NCBI GenBank assembly: GCA_934247115.1
Contig: CAKQIY010000011.1
Location: 449-64,448 of the forward strand
Length of the DNA: 64,000 bases
Source: an uncultured Coprococcus sp.
GTDB lineage: Bacteria; Bacillota; Clostridia; Lachnospirales; Lachnospiraceae
Direction: 5' to 3'
This document shows, piece by piece, positions 39,558-47,532 of this stretch. The notes beneath the pieces are model-generated. The model saw only the letters and a list, made by a program, of their open reading frames with translations, did not search any database and was not told the DNA's origin. The position numbers and the translations under genes are program-made. Position 1 is the stretch's first letter. Each line of letters opens with the position of its first letter.

Positions 39558-40907
39558 ATGAAGATCATAAAGAGAGGATTAAATGCGGTCGTGCCGTTCC
39601 TGCTGGCAAATGTGTATCTGCTGGCAAGGTGTCCGAAGTGGAATGTACCGCTCGTGCCGCTGATAGTGGTGGTGCTCATAGCCGGATATCTGGTGCTGAC
39701 TGCCATGCCACTTCTCGGTCTGAAGAATATACAGTCGAAGGGGATCAGAAGGTGCCAGAGGGGATGCGAGAATCTGTACTCTTTCCTGGCAGCAACGGTC
39801 ATGTCGGTGGTCCTGCTGATACTCATGCTGGTTCATGTGATAGATGCCAGGGCATGGACGTGGAAGAACTGGGTTCTGTACATACTCACGGCGGTGGCTG
39901 TGCTGGCGGTCACATTCTGGGTTGGGATAATTAGAATATATGTGTCATCAAGGCAGCTAGGTATTAAGTGGAGAGTGATCGGCATATTGTGCGGATGGAT
40001 CCCCGTGGTACATCTGATAGTTCTTGGCAAACTGATAAGCCTGGCCTCCGGTGAGGCGGTACTGGAGAACGATAAGCTTATAAAGGACAAGGCAAGACAG
40101 GCTGACCGGGTATGCGCCACTAGATATCCTATACTTATGGTGCACGGAGTGTTCTTCAGGGATTTCAGATATCTGAACTATTGGGGAAGGATCCCTGCGG
40201 CACTTGAGGCGAATGGTGCGACCATATTCTACGGAAACCATCAGTCTGCCGCATCTGTGGCTGACTCCGGACGGGAGATAGCTGACAGGATACAGCAGAT
40301 AGTGAAGGAGACAGGATGTGGTAAGGTGAATATCATAGCACATTCCAAGGGAGGCCTTGACAGCAGATATGCCATATCGAAGCTCGGCATGGCACCTTAT
40401 GTGGCATCACTCACAACGATAAACACTCCGCACAGGGGATGTGAATTTGCGGATTATCTGTTGGGTAAGATACCGGAGAAACAGCAGCAGACCGTGGCAA
40501 ATGCCTACAATTCTGCACTTAAGAAGCTGGGTGACACCAATCCGGACTTCATAGCTGCGGTGACGGATCTCACGGCATCAGCGTGTGAAAACCTGAACAG
40601 AGAGCTCCCTGATCCACAGGGTGTATACATACAGAGTACAGGTTCATGCATGAAGAAGCCTTCCGGTGGACGCTTCCCGCTCAACACCACCAACGCATTT
40701 GTAAAGCATTTTGATGGTGAGAACGATGGGCTTGTCGGATATGAATCCTTCAAATGGGGCTCCAACTTCATATATCTGAAGCCTCAGGGCAAGCGCGGAA
40801 TCTCCCACGGAGACGTAATAGATCTGAATAGGGAAAATATAGATACATTTGATGTGAGGGAATTCTATGTGGAGCTTGTGAGTGACCTGAAGAGATGTGG
40901 ATTTTAG
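39558..40907 (+). CDS. Membrane-anchored alpha/beta-hydrolase (lipase/esterase) with a polytopic N-terminal domain
   Basis: 449 aa. About 5-6 hydrophobic helices in the first 185 aa or so. Lipase-like core follows: ILMVHGVFF (oxyanion region) and nucleophile elbow AHSKGG. Confidence 0.72.
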   Translation: MKIIKRGLNAVVPFLLANVYLLARCPKWNVPLVPLIVVVLIAGYLVLTAMPLLGLKNIQSKGIRRCQRGCENLYSFLAATVMSVVLLILMLVHVIDARAWTWKNWVLYILTAVAVLAVTFWVGIIRIYVSSRQLGIKWRVIGILCGWIPVVHLIVLGKLISLASGEAVLENDKLIKDKARQADRVCATRYPILMVHGVFFRDFRYLNYWGRIPAALEANGATIFYGNHQSAASVADSGREIADRIQQIVKETGCGKVNIIAHSKGGLDSRYAISKLGMAPYVASLTTINTPHRGCEFADYLLGKIPEKQQQTVANAYNSALKKLGDTNPDFIAAVTDLTASACENLNRELPDPQGVYIQSTGSCMKKPSGGRFPLNTTNAFVKHFDGENDGLVGYESFKWGSNFIYLKPQGKRGISHGDVIDLNRENIDTFDVREFYVELVSDLKRCGF

Positions 40908-41118
40908 AAAATGTCCGGTGTTTTGTCTAATGTGAACAATAAAAAGTAAAAATAAGGTAATATTCAGGAAATGTATTGTGATATTGCACAATGACATTTG
41001 CCAAATAGAAAAATGTTTGGGCAGACTTTTGACGGGATTTGTATATAATAATACTTGTAACCCCCAATACATTATATAGTTTTGGCTACACCCCATAAAG
41101 TAACAAAATACCTTCTCC

Positions 41119-41157
41119 AAAAGAGACAGTCGTTCGGTGACTGTCTCTTTTATTTTT
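41119..41157 (+). terminator. Strong + strand terminator about 210 nt downstream of the lipase stop
   Basis: Stem agagacagtc (41122-41131) pairs with gactgtctct (41139-41148), followed by tttatttttgg. Confidence 0.8.
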
Positions 41158-41300
41158 GGTGAAAACAGAAATTGGGCAGGATGGTCTGATATGAGGCGAT
41201 TTCTGCTGTATATTTGCAGCTAATATATGTTTTATCTTGTTGCCTAATCTCCCGAAAAGTATTAATATAAAAAGAGTATGTGCAAGGGAGATTTTATTGT

Positions 41301-43394
41301 ATGGTGGAAAAGAAGACCAATGGGCAGAAGATACATGAGTATGTATATAATGTTAAGCCCGTACTAAATAAAGGTGGACTGTTTGCGGACGGAAGTAAAT
41401 ATTATGTCAGCCCACAGGAGCCGGATGTGGATCAGGATGTGAAGGTCAGATTCAGGACTACAGCCGATAATGTGGATGAAGTGTTCCTTATATATAATGA
41501 AGAAAAGATACAGATGACAAAGGAGAGTTCCAACAGAATATTTGACTTTTATACGGCAACGATACCTGGAGGTCTGCCATTCATAAGATATCATTTTGAG
41601 ATACATTCGGGAAGGGTCACATGCTTCTATGACAAGCTGGGACCTACGAAGCAGAACGACAGAGAGTATGACTTTGAGATATGTCCGGGATTCAAGGTAC
41701 CGGAATGGGCAAAGGGTGCGGTATTCTATCAGATATTTGTGGACAGGTTCTGCAACGGGGATACTTCCAACGATGTGCTGGATAATGAGTACGCATATAT
41801 AGGTACCGGTTCAGTTCAGGTAAATGACTGGAATCAGAGGCCGAGCACCATGGACGTGGGACGTTTCTATGGCGGAGATCTCCAGGGGGTCAAGGATAAG
41901 CTTGATTATCTGCAGGATCTGGGAGTGGATGTAATATATCTGAACCCTATATTCGTATCACCATCCAACCATAAGTATGACATACAGGATTACGACTACG
42001 TTGATCCTCACTATGGAAGAATAGTTGACGATGAGGGTGACTGCCTTCCGGGCGGATGCCTTGAGAACAAGCAGTCGTCGAGATATATCAACAGAGTTAC
42101 AAATAAAAAGAATCTTGAGGCCAGCAATCAGCTCTTCGCCGAGCTGGTTGAGGAGATACACAAGCGTGGCATGAAGGTCATCCTGGATGGCGTGTTCAAC
42201 CACTGTGGTTCATTCAACAAATGGATGGACAGGGAGTGTATATACGAGAATCAGGAGGGCTACGAGAAGGGGGCATTTGTATCGAAGGACAGCCCTTACA
42301 ACACCTTCTTCAAGTTCTACAACGACAATGCATGGCCATATAATACGACATATGATGGATGGTGGGGACATGACACCCTGCCAAAGCTCAACTACGAGGA
42401 TTCGCCGAAGCTGGTTGAGTACATCATGAAGATAGCAAGGAAATGGGTGTCACCTCCATACAATGCGGATGGATGGAGACTTGACGTGGCTGCGGATCTG
42501 GGACATTCCCCTGAGTACAATCACCAGTTCTGGCGGGAGTTCAGGAGAAATGTAAAAGAGGCTAATCCGAATGCCATTATTCTGGCGGAGCACTACGGTG
42601 ATCCTAAGAGCTGGCTGAAGGGAGATCAGTGGGATACTGTCATGAACTACGATGCGTTTATGGAGCCTATCACATGGTTCCTCTGCGGTGTTGAGAAGCA
42701 CAGTGACGAGTTCCGCGGTGACCTTCTGGGTAATTATGACGCGTTCAAGGGCGCGATGAACTATCACATGTCCAGATTCCTTAGACCATCGATAGATGTG
42801 TCCATGAATGAGCTGTCCAACCACGACCATTCCAGATTCCTTACGAGAACCAACAGAAAGGTCGGACGACTTCATACCATGGGAGCGGATGCTGCTGATC
42901 AGGGCGTGGACAAGGGTATCTTCAGACAGGCTGTCGTATTCCAGATGACGTGGCCGGGGGCTCCTACCATATACTATGGAGATGAGGCTGGTGTGTGCGG
43001 ATGGACGGATCCTGATAATAGAAGGACTTATCCGTGGGGCCACGAGGACAAGGAATTGATACAATTCCACAAGGACATGATAAGAATCCACAAGTCCTAC
43101 GAGGCGCTTAAGTCAGGTTCTGTATTATATCTCCATGGTGGACACAAGATACTCTGCTATGGAAGATTCACAGACAACAAGCAGGTGGTCGTCATCATGA
43201 ACACCAACTATGAGGACGTGGATCTGAAGCTTCATATCCGTCAGATTGGAGTGTACAACCACTCGATCCTCAGAAGAGTCATGCTGACAAATGAAGAGGG
43301 GTACACGCTGGATCCACAGGATTTCATGGTAGAGCACAACGTACTCACGATCAAAGCTCCGAAGATGAGTGCGATGATACTTGTCAGGGCATAA
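41301..43394 (+). CDS. GH13 alpha-amylase family enzyme, intracellular (neopullulanase/cyclomaltodextrinase-like)
   Basis: GH13 regions VILDGVFNHCG, GWRLDVAAD, ILAEHYG, SNHDHSRF. No signal peptide. The ATG at 41301 is preferred over the track GTG at 41280. Confidence 0.88.
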   Translation: MVEKKTNGQKIHEYVYNVKPVLNKGGLFADGSKYYVSPQEPDVDQDVKVRFRTTADNVDEVFLIYNEEKIQMTKESSNRIFDFYTATIPGGLPFIRYHFEIHSGRVTCFYDKLGPTKQNDREYDFEICPGFKVPEWAKGAVFYQIFVDRFCNGDTSNDVLDNEYAYIGTGSVQVNDWNQRPSTMDVGRFYGGDLQGVKDKLDYLQDLGVDVIYLNPIFVSPSNHKYDIQDYDYVDPHYGRIVDDEGDCLPGGCLENKQSSRYINRVTNKKNLEASNQLFAELVEEIHKRGMKVILDGVFNHCGSFNKWMDRECIYENQEGYEKGAFVSKDSPYNTFFKFYNDNAWPYNTTYDGWWGHDTLPKLNYEDSPKLVEYIMKIARKWVSPPYNADGWRLDVAADLGHSPEYNHQFWREFRRNVKEANPNAIILAEHYGDPKSWLKGDQWDTVMNYDAFMEPITWFLCGVEKHSDEFRGDLLGNYDAFKGAMNYHMSRFLRPSIDVSMNELSNHDHSRFLTRTNRKVGRLHTMGADAADQGVDKGIFRQAVVFQMTWPGAPTIYYGDEAGVCGWTDPDNRRTYPWGHEDKELIQFHKDMIRIHKSYEALKSGSVLYLHGGHKILCYGRFTDNKQVVVIMNTNYEDVDLKLHIRQIGVYNHSILRRVMLTNEEGYTLDPQDFMVEHNVLTIKAPKMSAMILVRA

Positions 43395-43446
43395 CAGAAA
43401 ATAGTGAGATAAATAGCAATTTAATAAGATAAATGAGTGATATATG

Positions 43447-43494
43447 AAAAACCTCCGGGAAGAGACAGACATTTTCCCGGAGGTTTTTTATTTG
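43447..43494 (+). terminator. Rho-independent terminator after the GH13 gene
   Basis: Stem aaaaacctccggga pairs with tcccggaggttttt, followed by a T-run. Confidence 0.85.
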
Positions 43495-43611
43495 TGCGAA
43501 GCGAGTCCCTCATAGATTTTACACCACAGGTTAAATGCATAACATGCAGGGATAATGTATATTGAATTAAAATAGATCAGCACAGTTAATGAAAAAGGAG
43601 GCAGATAGAAT

Positions 43612-45816
43612 ATGAGAGTATTGCTTTTGCTTAGGGGATCTGCCGGCTGTGGCAAGTCCACATGGATCGAGCAGAATGGATTGAAGCCATACACACTTTC
43701 AGCGGACGACATCAGACTTCTGTGTCAGAGTCCTGTGCTGCAGGTGGATGGCACGAGAGGTATCAGCCAGAGCAACGATGGCACGGTTTGGAAGACATTG
43801 TTCAGTCTTCTTGAGATACGTATGCAGAAGGGTGAATTCACGGTGATCGACGCCACAAATTCCAAGACTTCGGAGATGAACAGATACAAGAATATGTGTG
43901 AGACATACAGATACAGGATGTACTGTGTCGATTTTACAGATATACCGATAGATGAAGTAAAGAGGAGAAATGCAGGAAGGGAGGAATTCAAGAGGGTACC
44001 GGATGACGTTATTGACAAGATGTACTCCCGTTTCGCAACACAGAAGATCCCTTCTGGGATCACGGTCATAAAGCCGGATGAGCTCGACAGCATCTGGATG
44101 AAGATGAGAGATTTCTCCAAGTACAAGAGGATCCATCACATCGGAGATATCCACGGATGTTATACGGCTCTGATGAAGTATCTGGATGACAACGGCGGTA
44201 TAAAGGATGACGAATTCTATATATTTACAGGTGATTATATCGACAGAGGAGTGGAGAACGCGGATGTGGTCAATTTTCTGATATCCATCAGGGGCAGGAA
44301 GAATGTTCTCATGCTTGAGGGCAATCACGAGAGATGGCTGTGGCTCTGGGCAAATGACTGCACAGGCAGGTCGAAGGAGTTTGAGCTTGTGACAAGACCG
44401 ATCCTCGACGCTTCCGGAATAGACAAGAAGGAGGTAAGGAAGCTCTACAGAAAGTTTGGACAGTGCGCTTACTACAGCTACGGCGAAAATATCTATCTGG
44501 TGACACATGCCGGGCTCAGTGTAGTTCCGGACAATCTCACATTTGTGGCGACGGATCAGATGATCCACGGTGTAGGTAACTACAATGACTTCGAGAAGAT
44601 AGCCGAGACCTTCTATGAGAGAATGCCGGCGAATTACTATCAGATCCACGGACACAGGAACACCAAGCTGCTCCCGATCAGGGTGAATGACAGAGTGTTC
44701 AACCTTGAGGGCAGAGATGAGCACGGCGGAGACCTCAGATGTGTTCAGGTGGACGCTGGTGGAATCCACGAGGTAGAGATCCACAATGATGTGTTCAAGG
44801 CACCTGAGATTCAGAAGGAGCAGACCGTGACCACAAGCTCTGTGGCGGATCTCATCATATCACTCAGGGCGAGCAGATACATACAGGAGAAGAAGTTTGG
44901 AAATATCTCGTCATTCAACTTTACCAGCAAGGCATTCAATGACAGGGTATGGGATGAGCAGACCACAAAGGCAAGGGGGTTGTACATAGACACTTTCAAG
45001 GGAAGAGTCGCAGCCAGGGCGTATGACAAGTTCTTTAATATCAATGAGCGCCCTGAGACAAAGTTTGATATGCTGCAGCACAAGCTGCAGTTTCCGGTAA
45101 CCGCTTATGTAAAGGAGAACGGCTTCCTGGGAATCGTGAGCTATGATGAGTACAACGATGACCTGTTCATAGCGAGCAAGTCCACCATAGAGGGGCCATT
45201 TGCCGGCTGGCTGAAGGACATGATATATGAGAAGGTGACGCCGGAGAACATAGATAAGATGAAGCAGCTTGCGAGGGACAGCAACGTATCATTTGTATTT
45301 GAGTGTGTTGATATTAAGCATGATCCGCACATTATAGAGTACCCGGAGAGCAACCTGTATCTTCTGGACATTGTGTACAACCAGATGAATTTTGCAAAGT
45401 ACGATTACGATGTCATGTGCGATACAGCCCACCAGCTTGGCCTTACACCGAAGGAGAAGGCACGTGAGCTTGCAACCTGGCAGGAGTTCTACGACTGGTA
45501 CTACGAGATCATGGAGGATGGTTATGAGTATAACGGCAGAGTGATAGAGGGCTTCGTCATCGAGGACAGTGTCGGATATATGACAAAGCTCAAGCTTGCA
45601 TACTACAATTTCTGGAAATTCATGAGGACTATATCCCATGAGGCGATCAGAAACGGATATATCAAGAAGACATCGGCACTTACCACACCTCTTGCAAATG
45701 AGTACTACGCGTGGGTGAGAAAGCTTCACGATACTGAGGACCCTGCAAATGTTCCAAGGGATATATGCACGCTGAGAAGATGGTTCTACAATGATGGGGC
45801 AAACAGCTTTATTTAG
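43612..45816 (+). CDS. Trifunctional polynucleotide kinase, metallophosphoesterase and RNA ligase-like nucleotidyltransferase (Pnkp-like RNA repair enzyme)
   Basis: P-loop GSAGCGKST. Calcineurin-type motifs HHIGDIHGC, GDYIDRG, GNHE. Ligase motifs: I VKENG (Lys codon 45112-45114), III SFVFECV, IV EGFVIED, V TKLKL. Confidence 0.8.
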   Translation: MRVLLLLRGSAGCGKSTWIEQNGLKPYTLSADDIRLLCQSPVLQVDGTRGISQSNDGTVWKTLFSLLEIRMQKGEFTVIDATNSKTSEMNRYKNMCETYRYRMYCVDFTDIPIDEVKRRNAGREEFKRVPDDVIDKMYSRFATQKIPSGITVIKPDELDSIWMKMRDFSKYKRIHHIGDIHGCYTALMKYLDDNGGIKDDEFYIFTGDYIDRGVENADVVNFLISIRGRKNVLMLEGNHERWLWLWANDCTGRSKEFELVTRPILDASGIDKKEVRKLYRKFGQCAYYSYGENIYLVTHAGLSVVPDNLTFVATDQMIHGVGNYNDFEKIAETFYERMPANYYQIHGHRNTKLLPIRVNDRVFNLEGRDEHGGDLRCVQVDAGGIHEVEIHNDVFKAPEIQKEQTVTTSSVADLIISLRASRYIQEKKFGNISSFNFTSKAFNDRVWDEQTTKARGLYIDTFKGRVAARAYDKFFNINERPETKFDMLQHKLQFPVTAYVKENGFLGIVSYDEYNDDLFIASKSTIEGPFAGWLKDMIYEKVTPENIDKMKQLARDSNVSFVFECVDIKHDPHIIEYPESNLYLLDIVYNQMNFAKYDYDVMCDTAHQLGLTPKEKARELATWQEFYDWYYEIMEDGYEYNGRVIEGFVIEDSVGYMTKLKLAYYNFWKFMRTISHEAIRNGYIKKTSALTTPLANEYYAWVRKLHDTEDPANVPRDICTLRRWFYNDGANSFI

Positions 45817-45836
45817 AAAAAAGAGGTGAAATTAAT

Positions 45837-46394
45837 ATGATATTTTACACATCCGATCTTCATTTTGGACATGCAAATGCAATAAAATTCGATGACAGAC
45901 CATTTGCTGATGTAGACGAGATGACGGCGGGACTGATACACAACTGGAACGGCAGAGTAGGAAAAAACGACACAGTATATATTCTTGGGGACTTCAGCTT
46001 CAGACTGAAGGATCCGGAACCGATCCTTGCAAGGCTCAAGGGCCACAAGCGCCTCATCCTTGGCAACCACGATCAGGTCATAATGGGAAGTGAGAAGCTG
46101 CAGTCCTACTTCGACGATATACAGAAGATGGACTATGTGAGCGACAGAGATAAGCTGATAGTCATGTGCCACTTTCCGATAGCTGAGTGGAACAAGAAGA
46201 ACAGGGGCGCATATCACTTCTATGGACATATCCACAAGAGCAGCCCGGAAGTGTACAGATTCATGACCGGCCAGGGTCGAGCCTACAACGCCGGCTGCAT
46301 GCTCAACAACTACATGCCATGCACCGCCGACGAGGTCATCCTGAATAATGAAATATATCAAGCCAGATTAGAGTCCGAAAAAACCAGCCCATAG
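45837..46394 (+). CDS. Small calcineurin-like metallophosphoesterase
   Basis: 185 aa. Motifs SDLHFGH, ILGDFSF, LGNHD, CHFP, YGHIH. Starts 20 nt after the Pnkp-like gene, with SD agaggtga. Confidence 0.75.
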   Translation: MIFYTSDLHFGHANAIKFDDRPFADVDEMTAGLIHNWNGRVGKNDTVYILGDFSFRLKDPEPILARLKGHKRLILGNHDQVIMGSEKLQSYFDDIQKMDYVSDRDKLIVMCHFPIAEWNKKNRGAYHFYGHIHKSSPEVYRFMTGQGRAYNAGCMLNNYMPCTADEVILNNEIYQARLESEKTSP

Positions 46395-46651
46395 GTGCTG
46401 ACGAAAACGTAGATTACCTCCGGGAGAGCATAATAAAAAGCCTGCACGATGGTGTTGAAAATCGGTAGCGCAGACCTTCCTGCCTTGGTATTTTCTTGCT
46501 AAGTCGCAGGCCTCAACGTCCTTATCGAGGCCGGAGACGCATGCAGATAGAAAATGCCAAGGCAGGAAGAAGTCAAGCGTGATTTTCAACACCATCGTGC
46601 AGGCTTTTTGCGCTTTCCCGGATGGACACAATCCCCCGTCAGCACCTATGG
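46389..46651. repeat. 263-nt extended imperfect palindrome (long hairpin element) filling the convergent intergenic region
   Basis: Nested perfect arms of 15 bp (46389-46403 / 46637-46651) and 29 bp (46435-46463 / 46581-46609). A 19-bp arm with one G-U pair (46476-46494 / 46551-46569). Apical stem ggcctc / gaggcc. Confidence 0.9.
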
Positions 46652-46685
46652 ACGTCCGTCCCCACCTATGGGCGTCCGGCCGCCA

Positions 46686-47318
46686 TCAATTCCTCGGTGG
46701 CAGCGGAATGTAATTCCTGTCAGCCAGCTGGAACAGCTTTGGCCTGAAGTCCTCCTTGGTGAGTTCGAATATTGAGTGGGACACCAGGAAGTAGTAAGCT
46801 TCCACAGCCTGATCCACGTTAATGTTAGTGATCTCCGGGCTGTTAAGGTAACCCTTGATGGCTACGGTGAGTCCCATGACAAGATACTTACATATAATGA
46901 GAGGAGACAGCATAGGGTTGGATGGAATCTGATCGGTGTCGAATATTTTCAGGTGTTCACTGAAGAAGTTGGTGAACTGCTCGATCATGACCTGCTCAAA
47001 GCTGTTCTGTCCAGTTGTCTCGAAAAGCTTTCTGTAAAGCTTTGCTTCATTGATAATGTGAGTGAAAAGATACTTGATAGCCTCAAGGATCATGTTGTGT
47101 TCCAGCAGAACCTCAAGCTCCTTTGTCACCTCATTGTAAAGCATATAGTCCATCAGTTCGTATTTGTCTTTGAAATATCTATAGAAGATAGGTCTTGATA
47201 TACCCACATCCTCAGCGATCATAGTAACTGTAATTTTCTCGAATGAATGCTCATTTACAAGCTTTTTAAAGCTTCTGATAATTTTATCCTCTGTCTTTTC
47301 TTCACTTGGATTTGGCAC
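46686..47318 (-). CDS. TetR/AcrR family transcriptional regulator
   Basis: 210 aa. N-terminal HTH FEKITVTMIAEDVGISRPIFYRYFKDKYEL. Divergent from the MMPL transporter gene. Confidence 0.85.
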   Translation of the reverse strand: MPNPSEEKTEDKIIRSFKKLVNEHSFEKITVTMIAEDVGISRPIFYRYFKDKYELMDYMLYNEVTKELEVLLEHNMILEAIKYLFTHIINEAKLYRKLFETTGQNSFEQVMIEQFTNFFSEHLKIFDTDQIPSNPMLSPLIICKYLVMGLTVAIKGYLNSPEITNINVDQAVEAYYFLVSHSIFELTKEDFRPKLFQLADRNYIPLPPRN

Positions 47319-47418
47319 TTTCCAAACCTCCTTTTTGGTCTATATATGGACAGTTTCAAGTAAATCTGTTTATCAGACGTATAGCCGGATGTTCCAATTT
47401 TGAATATGTGTTCATACG

Positions 47419-47448
47419 TTTGTTACAGATTACCATATTTGTAACAAA
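47419..47448. promoter_or_regulatory. Candidate TetR operator (inverted repeat) in the divergent promoter region
   Basis: tttgttaca (47419-47427) and tgtaacaaa (47440-47448) form a perfect 9-bp inverted repeat with a 12-nt spacer, between the tetR and MMPL genes. Confidence 0.45.
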
Positions 47449-47532
47449 ATGTAAACGTTTTCGTATTTTGGGTAGTTTATTAAAAAAAATTCAGGCTGTA
47501 TAATCCACCACAGAATAGAAAAAGGAGATGTT

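Noticed and set aside
39470-39934. 154-aa ORF overlapping the start of the lipase gene
   Set aside because: It has no RBS, an Arg/Gly/Cys-rich composition, and it overlaps the better-supported TM-domain frame that starts at 39558.
46368-46775. ORFs 46368..46631 (-) and 46554..46775 (+) in the track
   Set aside because: Both contain the same peptide, FQHHRAGFL, because they read the two arms of the 29-bp perfect palindrome. They are an artefact of the hairpin element, not genes.
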